NCBI GenBank assembly: GCA_963667085.2
Contig: OY762975.1
Coordinates: 2,480,221-2,544,220 of the forward strand
Direction of reading: 5' to 3'
DNA: 64,000 nucleotides
DNA from: Acidimicrobiales bacterium
GTDB taxonomy: Bacteria > Actinomycetota > Acidimicrobiia > Acidimicrobiales > Bin134
Both the position numbers and the translations under genes were made by a program. How positions within the stretch are numbered: the stretch's first letter is position 1; every line of letters starts with the position of its first letter. This document shows positions 20,994 to 29,992 of the stretch, piece after piece. The notes beneath the pieces were generated by a model, which saw only the letters and a program-made list of their open reading frames with translations, did no database searches and was not told the origin of the DNA.

Positions 20994-22020
20994 CCAGCTC
21001 GTCGAGCGCGGCTTGCAGCTCGTCGAGTCCTACTGCGGTGTCGACCGTCGCCGCCATGTTGACCGGCAAGACCTCTACTTGGGCGTTGAAAATGCCGCCC
21101 GGATAGAAGGCGTATCCCTCTTCGCCTACCGCATGCACCTCGCCATCGGGGGTGCCAAAGGTGCCGGTGCGGACCTGGTTGAAGAAGTCCAGGTACAGGT
21201 CCTTCATCCGGATGACGGTGGCCGCCAGATAGACATCGGGTGCGGTCTGCTCCTGGGAGCCGAATCCGACTGCGATCGGGATCCCTGCCGCTGAAGCGGT
21301 CTGAGCCGCGCCGATGCAGATTCCATCTCCCGAGCAGTAGATGAAGTCCGCCCCCTGGTCGATGAGCTGCTGGGTAACCTCCGCGGCGGCCTGGACATCG
21401 ACGAACGAACCGGCAAAGCCCTCAAGGAAGTTCAAATCGGGGTTCTCCGACAGGGCCGCGTCGCGGAACGATTGGTGCATCGTCTTGACGAAATCGAACT
21501 CAGGCCCTCCGACGATCCCAATGGTGTCGCCGATCACGGCCTGTGCGGCCAAGATGCCGTTCGGATAGGCCATGTCCTGAACGTTGTACAGCCAGTCCAC
21601 GACGTTGCTCGAGGTGACTGAGCCGGGAACCAACACGCCGCCGGTCATCGAGAAGGCAACGTTGGGGAACTCCGCATAAAGCTGCTGGATCGGGTCCACG
21701 TACTCGATGCCGTGTCCCAGAATCAGGTCGAAGCCCTGGCTGGCGAAGTCGCGAAGAGCCGGTAGCGAGTCGGTCGGGTCGATGATCTCCTCAAGGACCT
21801 CAGTCTCAACGTTGCCGTCTTGGGCTGCGGCGTCACGCAGGCCCTCATAGGCCGCCTGGCTAAACGAGTTGTCGTTGCGGACGCCGGGCAGAAGCAGCGC
21901 AACCTTGAGAGCGCCACCGTCACCAGAGTCATCGTCGTCGTTGCCGCACGCTGCGGCTACCAGGCCAAACACCATCAAAAGGGCAAGGAATTTGAACAGA
22001 ATTGAAGAACGCCTTGTCAC
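20947..22020 (-). CDS. BMP-family (PnrA-like) ABC substrate-binding lipoprotein
   Basis: 357 aa with the signal peptide and lipobox FGLVAAACGN, and a BMP-like body. It is the first gene of the SBP-ATPase-permease-permease operon. Confidence 0.88.
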   Translation of the reverse strand: MTRRSSILFKFLALLMVFGLVAAACGNDDDDSGDGGALKVALLLPGVRNDNSFSQAAYEGLRDAAAQDGNVETEVLEEIIDPTDSLPALRDFASQGFDLILGHGIEYVDPIQQLYAEFPNVAFSMTGGVLVPGSVTSSNVVDWLYNVQDMAYPNGILAAQAVIGDTIGIVGGPEFDFVKTMHQSFRDAALSENPDLNFLEGFAGSFVDVQAAAEVTQQLIDQGADFIYCSGDGICIGAAQTASAAGIPIAVGFGSQEQTAPDVYLAATVIRMKDLYLDFFNQVRTGTFGTPDGEVHAVGEEGYAFYPGGIFNAQVEVLPVNMAATVDTAVGLDELQAALDELVASIQAGEFAIPFPG

Positions 22021-22080
22021 GGAAATACCCCTCCTTCTACGGCGCTGTCGTGGGACAACGCGCGTACCTGACAGTAGCCG

Positions 22081-22109
22081 ACACTACCCCCTCGCCGATC
22101 AGGTGTCGA
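22081..22109 (-). promoter_or_regulatory. candidate promoter of the BMP ABC operon (TCGACA-17 nt-TAGTGT on the minus strand)
   Basis: Read on the minus strand, the -35 TCGACA is at 22109-22104 and the -10 TAGTGT at 22086-22081, with a 17-nt spacer. A ~60-nt leader follows, ending in SD gaaggagg before GTG 22020. Confidence 0.3.
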
Positions 22110-22126
22110 TTGCGAGTGATGGGTTG

Positions 22127-23605
22127 TCAGTGGCGTCGCCGGTGCGATGGGGGACGCACGGGATAGGCGCCCCGGGCGGCATCGGCGATGGCGTTCTCAT
22201 CCACCGTTGTGCAGTGTCCGTCTCTGACGACGATCTCGCCGCCCACCATCACCAACGAGGCCCGGTCCGAGAGGCCACCGAGTACTAGGCCAATAACCGC
22301 GTCGTGAACCCCGACGCGATCGACGGTGGTCATGTCCCAGGCGGCAATGTCCGCGGCCTTGCCCGGCTCGATCACTCCCAGATCACGGCGCCCGAGGCAG
22401 GCCGCCGAACCGCGAGTGGCCAGGCCCAAGAGCTCCCGAGCGCTCGGCCACTTCTGCGGCGAAACGTGCATATCCCGGTGGGCCAGCGCGGCTACTCGGA
22501 CGTCGCCGAGCTGGTTGCAGCCGTCGTTGGAGGCCGACCCGGTGGTGCCGAATCCAACCTTGCAGCCGGCATCGAGGTACTTCCGCAACGGTGCCAGCCC
22601 CCAGCCCATGCGCAGATCGGGAGCGATGAGGTGCACGATGCCGACCCCGGCCTCGGCGAATTCGGGGATCTCCTCATGAGGCGGGTCAACCATGTGGGCC
22701 AGCCACACCTTGTCGTGATTCCAGCCGTTCTCAACCAGAAAGTGCCATGGCGTGACCCCGTAGGTGTCGGTGCAGAATCCGGTGTCGATCACCTCATACA
22801 GGTGGGTGTGCAGCCCGACCTGTGGGTGATCGGCGGCCAGGCTGGCGAACTCGCGGTACATCTCGGGCTCGTCGGTGTGCACTCCGCACGGAGCCAGATC
22901 GATCCTGATCCGGGCCAGGGGGTCGGGATCGTGGTACCGGTCGATGAGCGCTTGCGAGTGGCGCAGCACCTCGTCGATCGTCTGGCAGGCGATGTCGGGC
23001 ACGACGCCGCCGTGCCTCTTGCCCTTGGTCATGGATCCCCGTCCGGCATGCAACCGGATTCCGGTCTCAAGGGCGCCTTCGATCATCTCTTCGATGAAGG
23101 GCTCGGTGTTGCCCTCCACGAACACGTAGTGCTGGTCGGCCACGGTTGTGACCCCGCCGAGCAACGACTCCACCATGCCAGCCCGGGCCACCGCGCCCAC
23201 CGTGGCCGGTGTGTAGTGGCCCTGGCGCCACAGATACAGCGTCTTCACGTGGAGCGCGGTCAGCCAGGGGTGGATGGGGGCTCGCTCGAGTTCGACAAAT
23301 GAGCGCAAACCCACTTGGTACAGATGCTGGTGGCCGTTGATCAGTCCGGGGAGCACCAGCAGACCTCGGCCGTCGATGACCTCGGCGGAGTCGTCGGCCT
23401 CCAGTCCATAGCCCACCGCGGCAAAGCGCGAACCGGACACCAGAATGTCCGCGCCGTCCAACTCACGGTCGTTGGCATCGAAGGTGACCAGGTGGCTGAT
23501 GTTGCGGATCAAGGTGTCGGGCACTTCCTGCGAGTCTCGCCTTTGAACCTGGCTCGCGCAATCGTCGCTGATCGGTTCGGCAACGGCTGGGTATTGTCGC
23601 GACAC
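22127..23605 (-). CDS. amidohydrolase, COG0402-type deaminase (8-oxoguanine/isoxanthopterin-deaminase-like)
   Basis: 492-aa ORF with LIRNISHLVTFD near the N-terminus and LPGLINGHQHLYQ (HxH). The track start 23605 lies only 2 nt from the divergent gene, so an internal GTG near 23523 (VPDTLIRN) is likely the true start. Confidence 0.8.
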   Translation of the reverse strand: MSRQYPAVAEPISDDCASQVQRRDSQEVPDTLIRNISHLVTFDANDRELDGADILVSGSRFAAVGYGLEADDSAEVIDGRGLLVLPGLINGHQHLYQVGLRSFVELERAPIHPWLTALHVKTLYLWRQGHYTPATVGAVARAGMVESLLGGVTTVADQHYVFVEGNTEPFIEEMIEGALETGIRLHAGRGSMTKGKRHGGVVPDIACQTIDEVLRHSQALIDRYHDPDPLARIRIDLAPCGVHTDEPEMYREFASLAADHPQVGLHTHLYEVIDTGFCTDTYGVTPWHFLVENGWNHDKVWLAHMVDPPHEEIPEFAEAGVGIVHLIAPDLRMGWGLAPLRKYLDAGCKVGFGTTGSASNDGCNQLGDVRVAALAHRDMHVSPQKWPSARELLGLATRGSAACLGRRDLGVIEPGKAADIAAWDMTTVDRVGVHDAVIGLVLGGLSDRASLVMVGGEIVVRDGHCTTVDENAIADAARGAYPVRPPSHRRRH

Positions 23606-23607
23606 CT

Positions 23608-25917
23608 ATGAAGCACCGGTTTGTTGGCCAGCGGGTGCGCAGGCTCAATGACGAGTATCTCCTGCGGGGCACGGGCCGGTATATCGACGACATCGTTCTG
23701 CCGGACATGGTTCACGCCTCCATCGTCCGCAGTCCCGTTGCCCACGGACGCCTGATCGGGTTCGACAGCGCCGGCGATGGCCGGGCCACGGTTTACGACC
23801 CCGACCGGTTGGCGTCTCTCATTCCTGGTGAGCTGCCCGTGCTATGGATTCTGGGCGGCCAGCAGCAGCGTTCCACCCCGGTAGTCGACAACGCATTGCG
23901 ATACGTGGGCCAGCCGCTGGCAGTGGTCATTGCCGAATCGCGATACCTGGCTGAGGATCACGCTGAGCAGATTGGCCTCGACATTGAGGAGTTCGAGCCG
24001 GTGTTGGCCATTGATCACGCCCTGGCCGCCGATGCCCCCTTGCTGTATCCCGATATTAACTCCAACGTGTTGGCCTCATTCGACGCCGGCGACAGCGAAG
24101 ATCATGCTGCTGCGGTGTTTGCGGCCGCCGACCGCTCGTTGACCATGAGGCTGCGAATAGGCCGAATTCATGGGGTGGCTCTTGAGGGTCGGGGGATCGT
24201 CGCAGTGCCCGAGCCTCGGGGGAAGCTCACCGTCTACACATCCACCCAGACTCCGCATTCGGTGCGAGACTCGCTGTGCGAGTCGCTGGAGATGGCCCAG
24301 AACCAGGTACGGGTGGTCGCCCCCGATGTGGGGGGCGGATTCGGTCTCAAAGACCATGTGTATGAGGACGAGGTCATGGTCGCCGCGGCGGCGTTGGACC
24401 TCGGTCGACCGGTGAAATGGGTTGAAGACCGATCCGAGTCCTTGCTGGCCACCACTCACGCCCGTGATGAGATCCACGATGTGGAAGTGGCTTTCGACGA
24501 CGATGGAACGCTGCGAGGTCTGCGCCTGGACAGTTTTCGCAACGCTGGTGCCCGGTTCGCGGTCTTCGGCGGTGGACCGCTGTTTACGGTTTTCGGCGTC
24601 GTGCCCGGACCATACCGATGGGATGCCGTGCGCTGCGCCGGCCGGGTCGTGGCCACCAACACCATGTCCACCGGTGCTTATCGCGGCTTCGGGCAAACCC
24701 AGGCCGCATGCATCCGCGAGCGGGTGGTTGATCTGGTGGCCGCGGAGCTGGGCCGCGACCCGGTGGAGCTGCGGCTCCAGAACATGATCGGCCCCCAAGA
24801 ACTGCCGTATCAGATTCGAACCATGATCGAATACGACAACGGCGACTACCCCGAGGCTCTACGGCGCGCCCAACAGCTCATCGAAAACGGGCCAGCGGCA
24901 CCAGACGATGGGAGGCACCGCGGCGTGGGTTATTGCAGCTACGTGCAGATGGCCGGGATCGGGCCGAGCACGATGAACGAGTTCATCGGCCTCAGCGTCG
25001 GCGGGTTCGAAACCGCCACCATCCGTCTTGAACCTGACGGCTGCGTGCGGGTGGCCACGGGAGTGTCGCCCCACGGCCAAGGCTTGGAGACGACGATTCC
25101 GCAGTTGGTGGCCGACGAGTTGGGCGTGGAGCCGGAGACGATCGAGTTGGTACACGGCGACACCGACACCACCCCGTATTCCCCATACGGCACCGCCGCG
25201 TCCCGATCGATCGCGGTAGGCGGCGGCGCCGCGGTGGTTGCCGCACGGCGGGTAGCGGAGAAGATCAGAACCGTCGCGGCCGAAATGCTGGAAGCCAGTC
25301 CGGCGGATATCGAGCTGGGGGAGGGGCAGGCCCGGGTAGCGGGAACCGAGGTAGGAGTGAGCATCGCCGACGTGGCTCAACGGGCCTGGCAGGGGTTCCG
25401 GTTGCCCGAGGGCACTGAGCCCGGACTGGTGGCGTCACACTCCTACGATCCGGCCAGCGCCACCTTTTCCTACGCCACGCATGCGTGCCGAGTGGCCGTC
25501 GATGTCGGCACCGGGCAGGTGGAGGTTGAGGACTATGTGGTGGTGAGCGACTGCGGCACCATGGTCAACCCCACCATCGTCGAGGGACAGATCGAAGGTG
25601 GCGTCGCTCAGGGACTGGGTGCTGCTCTCATCGAGGAGTTTGTCTACGACGAACAGGGTCAACCACTGTGCTCGACGCTGCTTGACTACCACGTTCCGGA
25701 CAGCGCGACAATGCCCGACATCCGCATCGAGCATTTGGAAACCCCCAGTCCCTTCACCCCCGGTGGCATGAAGGGCATGGGGGAGGGGGGAACCAATGGC
25801 GCGTACGCCGCGGTAGTGAATGCCGTGTGTGCTGCGCTGCCGGAGGTGGCCTGGACCAACGTCGTCACGCCGCTGTCACCGAACCGAATATGGGAGATGC
25901 TTCATGACCAATCCTGA
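23608..25917 (+). CDS. xanthine dehydrogenase/aldehyde oxidase-family molybdopterin-binding large subunit
   Basis: 769 aa with N-terminal VGQRVRRLNDEYLLRGTGRYIDD, and the motifs VGGGFGLK, GAYRGFGQTQ and GMKGMGEGG. No 2Fe-2S or FAD subunit genes lie adjacent. Confidence 0.9.
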   Translation: MKHRFVGQRVRRLNDEYLLRGTGRYIDDIVLPDMVHASIVRSPVAHGRLIGFDSAGDGRATVYDPDRLASLIPGELPVLWILGGQQQRSTPVVDNALRYVGQPLAVVIAESRYLAEDHAEQIGLDIEEFEPVLAIDHALAADAPLLYPDINSNVLASFDAGDSEDHAAAVFAAADRSLTMRLRIGRIHGVALEGRGIVAVPEPRGKLTVYTSTQTPHSVRDSLCESLEMAQNQVRVVAPDVGGGFGLKDHVYEDEVMVAAAALDLGRPVKWVEDRSESLLATTHARDEIHDVEVAFDDDGTLRGLRLDSFRNAGARFAVFGGGPLFTVFGVVPGPYRWDAVRCAGRVVATNTMSTGAYRGFGQTQAACIRERVVDLVAAELGRDPVELRLQNMIGPQELPYQIRTMIEYDNGDYPEALRRAQQLIENGPAAPDDGRHRGVGYCSYVQMAGIGPSTMNEFIGLSVGGFETATIRLEPDGCVRVATGVSPHGQGLETTIPQLVADELGVEPETIELVHGDTDTTPYSPYGTAASRSIAVGGGAAVVAARRVAEKIRTVAAEMLEASPADIELGEGQARVAGTEVGVSIADVAQRAWQGFRLPEGTEPGLVASHSYDPASATFSYATHACRVAVDVGTGQVEVEDYVVVSDCGTMVNPTIVEGQIEGGVAQGLGAALIEEFVYDEQGQPLCSTLLDYHVPDSATMPDIRIEHLETPSPFTPGGMKGMGEGGTNGAYAAVVNAVCAALPEVAWTNVVTPLSPNRIWEMLHDQS

Positions 25918-27193
25918 ATGCGACAGATTGCGGGTGCTCTACCCGGACATGTTCGGATTCGCCCGTGGCAAGTACATCCCGACGGCGGCGGCCAACGGCG
26001 CGGTGAGCTACTCCATAGCCATCTTCGGGGTGGGCTACGACCGGGCGTTGATTCCCGCACCCGGCGCCGATGTGCTCGATGGCCTGGGCGATATGCGGGC
26101 GGTCTACGACCTCGAACAGGTCAGGGACAGCTGGCAAGAGGGGACCGGCGTGGTTATCGCTGATCTGCTCCAAGGTGGCAAGCCCCTCGCAATCTCGCCT
26201 CGCCATGCCTTGACCAAGGCGGTCGATGACCTTGAGGCATCGGGGTTCCGGGCTCGCGTCGGTGTCGAGCTTGAGGCCTATGTGCTCCAGCCCAATGGCA
26301 ATGGAGGCTGGGAGCCGTGGGACACCCCCGGGTCCTATTGCTACGGGACCGGCCCACTGGTGGACCCAGTCGGGCTGCTGGACGAGATCATGGCCGCAGC
26401 CGAATCCACCGGGATCGGGCTGGAGACCCTAGCTAGCGAGTACGACACCCCTCAGTTCGAGGTCACCATCGAGCACAAAGAGCCGCTGGAGGCGATCGAC
26501 AACACCTTCTTGCTCAAGCTCTTGTGCCGCGAAATCGCCGCTCGCCACGGGCTTTTGTGGACATTCCTCGGTCGACCATTCGGCGACCGCGGTGGCAACG
26601 GCCTACACGTGAACATCAGCTTCCAAGACGACGGTGGCGAGCACCTCTTCTGTGATCCTCAAGCTGAAGACGGGCTCTCTGAGATGGCCCGCCAAGGCAT
26701 CGGAGGAATGCTTGAGCACCACGAGGCGGTGACCGCGTTGTGCGCGCCCACGGTCAATGCCTACAAGCGGCTCATCCCCGGGCAATTGTCGGGCTACTGG
26801 GCCAATTGGGGCTACGACCACCGCGCCGTGGCGATTCGGGTACCCAGCGACCGAGGGGCGGGCACCCGTCTGGAAAGCCGAGTGCCCGATGGAGCGGCCA
26901 ACCCCTATGTGGCCACCGCGGCGCTGCTTCAGGCCACGCTCCTCGGCATTAGAGACGAGGTTACGCCGCCTCCCTGCGAGGAGGGCGACGGCTTGGAGAC
27001 CGCCAACACCGAGCGTTGCGCCCCTGCCAATTTGAGCTTGGCTCTGGATGCGCTTGAGTCCGACGATGCCTTGATCGAGGCCGTCGGCTCCGAGCTAGTG
27101 GCCAATTTCGTGGCCATGAAGCGGGAAGAATGGCGTCGATTCTCCCAAGCGGTCACCGACTGGGAGCTCAACGAGTATCTGACCTACCACTAG
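25904..27193 (+). CDS. glutamine synthetase-family ligase (gamma-glutamyl-amine synthetase-like)
   Basis: ORF trimmed to ATG 25904 (MTNPECDRLRVLYPDMFG), a 14-nt overlap with the upstream gene. Motifs NGLHVNISF, NAYKRLIPG and AIRVP...TRLESRVPD. Confidence 0.85.
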   Translation: MTNPECDRLRVLYPDMFGFARGKYIPTAAANGAVSYSIAIFGVGYDRALIPAPGADVLDGLGDMRAVYDLEQVRDSWQEGTGVVIADLLQGGKPLAISPRHALTKAVDDLEASGFRARVGVELEAYVLQPNGNGGWEPWDTPGSYCYGTGPLVDPVGLLDEIMAAAESTGIGLETLASEYDTPQFEVTIEHKEPLEAIDNTFLLKLLCREIAARHGLLWTFLGRPFGDRGGNGLHVNISFQDDGGEHLFCDPQAEDGLSEMARQGIGGMLEHHEAVTALCAPTVNAYKRLIPGQLSGYWANWGYDHRAVAIRVPSDRGAGTRLESRVPDGAANPYVATAALLQATLLGIRDEVTPPPCEEGDGLETANTERCAPANLSLALDALESDDALIEAVGSELVANFVAMKREEWRRFSQAVTDWELNEYLTYH

Positions 27194-27231
27194 CGGGTTA
27201 GCTCGAGGGCAATGCCAAGTGGGCTAACGGC

Positions 27232-28791
27232 CTAGCTGTCCTCTCCATCGATGCCGGGTTCGAGTTCGAACAAGCGCAGATCGCGTTCGGTAACTGCGTC
27301 GTACTGAATCCACAGCGGGTACCAGGTCACCGCGGTCTGCCATCTGGCTTCCCGCTCGGCACCGGCGAGGAGTCGAGCCCTCACCGGCGTCCTCTTGCCC
27401 CGGTACACGATCTCGGCATTGGGGTTGGCGAGGAGGTTGGCGGTCCAGGCCGGGTGGTGGTCGCGGGCGAAGTTGCTGCCCACCACCAGAAAGCGGCCCT
27501 CTTCGAGCGGTACCGCGCCCAGCGGGGTTTCCCGGGTCTGACCGGTCTTGGCCCCCGTTGTATAGAGCATGAGCATGGGCTGGGCGGCGGAATCGAGCAG
27601 GGTGCGGCCCCGGGTGATGCGGCTGATCGCCCGATGAACCCGGGGGACCACCACGGGACCCAGAGTGCGGAAGGGCCGCGAGAGCACCACGCGGGCCGGC
27701 ATTCGGAATCCCTTTGGGGGAGTGGGCGCGGCGCTGGGTTCGGGCACGGGGAGAGCCTTACCGATTTGGCGGTCGGAGAGGAGGCCAGCCTTGTGCCATG
27801 CAGCCAGGCTATCGGCGAACGTCTCTTCGATATCGCGGAACTGAACCCCGTATTCGGCGAGATCGCTGTCTTCTGACCCCTCCCACTGGGTGAGCACGCT
27901 CATACTGAATCTGTTCATGGCCGCGTTGATCGGGACGATCCGCCGTATCGAATCAGCCAATCTGCCCATCCCTCTCAGCGCCGACGGCGGAAGCGGCATC
28001 ATGGGGAACCTTCGACCAGTGAGGTCGCGGTAGATGGCGGCGAAAAGATCCATGTCCACCAGATGGCCACCGCACATGATCCGGCGGGGCCCATGGCCTC
28101 GCTCCAGCAGGGCCACTAGGAGCGAGGCCATGTCGCGGACATCGGAAATAGCCACCGCGGCTCTGCGAGTGGGAAGGATGCCGGTGGCGGTGAATCGGGC
28201 CATGTCCTCGCTGGCCTCGCCGAAAGCAGAACCGGCGGGAGGGCCGATCACCGCGCTGGGGTACACGATGGCGATGGGGGCACCGTCAGCCTGAAGCTTC
28301 CGGGCCACCATCTCCGCGTCGGCCTTGGCCTGGCCGTATGTGAATCCCGCGGACGAAGGCGGGTGGTCGACAGTGAGAGATCCGGCTCCGGGGTCGAACA
28401 GGGCCGCCACGCTGGAGACGTGAATGATCGGGTCGAGGTCCAGGGCATGAGCCTGATGAAGCACAAGGCGGGCCCCGGTAATGCTGTTCTCGATCCCCTG
28501 GGCGTTGCCACGGGCGTCGAGCGACACGACCGCAGCGCTGTGGATGGCAGCATCGGCACCCTCGAGAGCTGCCGCTACAGCATCAGGATCGGTCATATCG
28601 CCCACGACGTGGTCGATAGCGGGCAGGTCAAAAGCAGCACGGAGCTCGTCAAGCTTCTGGGGCGACCTAACCAGGGCACAAACTTCGTGGCCCGCGGCGA
28701 CGGCTCGGGCCGCGGTGTGACCGCCGATGAACCCAGTTGCCCCCGTCATCATCACACGCACAAGTGACCACCCTAGTGACGATCCTCTCAC
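27232..28791 (-). CDS. fusion protein: NAD(P)-binding epimerase/SDR domain + DDN-like (F420H2-dependent nitroreductase family, DUF385) domain
   Basis: N-terminal MMTGATGFIGGH Rossmann domain of about 330 aa, then a Pro-rich linker. The C-terminus reads LYTTGAKTGQTRETPL...VVGSNFARDHHPAWTANLLANP...RLFELEP, typical of deazaflavin-dependent nitroreductase-family proteins. The start may be ATG 28752. Confidence 0.75.
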   Translation of the reverse strand: MRGSSLGWSLVRVMMTGATGFIGGHTAARAVAAGHEVCALVRSPQKLDELRAAFDLPAIDHVVGDMTDPDAVAAALEGADAAIHSAAVVSLDARGNAQGIENSITGARLVLHQAHALDLDPIIHVSSVAALFDPGAGSLTVDHPPSSAGFTYGQAKADAEMVARKLQADGAPIAIVYPSAVIGPPAGSAFGEASEDMARFTATGILPTRRAAVAISDVRDMASLLVALLERGHGPRRIMCGGHLVDMDLFAAIYRDLTGRRFPMMPLPPSALRGMGRLADSIRRIVPINAAMNRFSMSVLTQWEGSEDSDLAEYGVQFRDIEETFADSLAAWHKAGLLSDRQIGKALPVPEPSAAPTPPKGFRMPARVVLSRPFRTLGPVVVPRVHRAISRITRGRTLLDSAAQPMLMLYTTGAKTGQTRETPLGAVPLEEGRFLVVGSNFARDHHPAWTANLLANPNAEIVYRGKRTPVRARLLAGAEREARWQTAVTWYPLWIQYDAVTERDLRLFELEPGIDGEDS

Positions 28792-28841
28792 CTTCTGTCA
28801 CTGTGCTTGGTTGGTGGCACGATGGGTAGCCTTCTCACAGC

Positions 28842-29975
28842 TTGAGACGCATGGAGGAGCAGATGGCTGATCGATCAGGACAGGCGTGGGAAGAGCTGGT
28901 AGCCCTGATGGGGGAAATTGAAGGCGACTGGTGGCGCGAGGCCCGGGGAATGCCGACGGCCGACAGCCGGGCCGAGGCTCGGATCTTCGCACTCAATTGC
29001 TTGCAGCATGCTCTGGAATTTTGGTCACAGGCGGACCCAGCCCGGCCTTGGTTCTACCGGTGGTTCTCGCCGACCAAGAAGCTGCTGGGGGATAACCCCG
29101 ACGCCATCTACTACGGCAGCGTGATCGACCCCGATCGCGACTATGTGGTCCGGGGCAATCTCGCCGGGGCGGTATACACCTCGTTCACGGTAGAGCAGGG
29201 AACCGCCGAGGGTGCGATGTCAGCCAAGCTGGGGGCCACACTCAACGACGATGAAATCGAGATCAACTCCGATGGAAGCTACGAGTTGCACCTCAGCCAG
29301 AGCCCCCAGGCCGGCAACTGGCTGGCGCTTACGCCTGAATCCGGGAGCATCACGACACGGCACTACTTCGAATGGGATCGCCCCGCCGCCACCGACCCGA
29401 ATATGCACGTTCCGCTGTCTATCGAGCCGACGGCCGATCCCGGCCCACCGGCCATCCCCGACGACGAGGCTTGCGCCCAGGGTCTTCAGCGAGTGGTCAC
29501 GTTTCTGCGCAGTGTGACCGTCGAATGGCCCGACGGGCCTCGAGAAGACATGCCGGCGTGGAGCTCTCCTGAGCCCAACCGGTTCACCAACCCTCCTCTC
29601 GACGAGGGCAATCGGACCATCGGCTATGCCGCGGCCGACAACGCTTACCGCTCCACCCGCTATCGACTGGGGCCTGACGAGGCGCTGGAGATTCGGGGCC
29701 GATTCCCGGATTGCCGCTTCGCCAACGTGGTGCTCAACAACCGCTTCATCCAGACGCCGCCCTACCGAGACCGCCGGGTTTCGCTCAACCGACGCCAAAC
29801 GGTGCTTGAGCCAGACGGCTCTTTCCGCATGATCCTGGCTCATCGCGACCCCGGAGTCCCCAACTGGCTGGACACTGCCGGCGCGCCTACCGGCACGCTT
29901 TTCTGGCGCTACCTGCTCCCCACCGAGCAGCCCAGCCAGCTGGAGACACAAGTGCTGGCCGTGGATCATGTGTGA
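28842..29975 (+). CDS. DUF1214-like protein (family call tentative)
   Basis: 377-aa ORF; ATG 28851 or 28863 are alternative starts. Motifs ...LGDNPDAIYY...DYVVRGN... and ...PNWLDTAGAPTGTLFWRYLLP. Paralog of 29993-31144. Confidence 0.6.
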   Translation: MRRMEEQMADRSGQAWEELVALMGEIEGDWWREARGMPTADSRAEARIFALNCLQHALEFWSQADPARPWFYRWFSPTKKLLGDNPDAIYYGSVIDPDRDYVVRGNLAGAVYTSFTVEQGTAEGAMSAKLGATLNDDEIEINSDGSYELHLSQSPQAGNWLALTPESGSITTRHYFEWDRPAATDPNMHVPLSIEPTADPGPPAIPDDEACAQGLQRVVTFLRSVTVEWPDGPREDMPAWSSPEPNRFTNPPLDEGNRTIGYAAADNAYRSTRYRLGPDEALEIRGRFPDCRFANVVLNNRFIQTPPYRDRRVSLNRRQTVLEPDGSFRMILAHRDPGVPNWLDTAGAPTGTLFWRYLLPTEQPSQLETQVLAVDHV

Positions 29976-29992
29976 CTTGGCGACGGCCTGAG

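Noticed and set aside
27194-27231. Possible bidirectional terminator between the convergent GS-like and SDR-DDN genes (GTTAGC ... GCTAAC)
   Set aside because: It has only a 6-bp stem with a ~21-nt loop and no U-tract, which is too weak to call.
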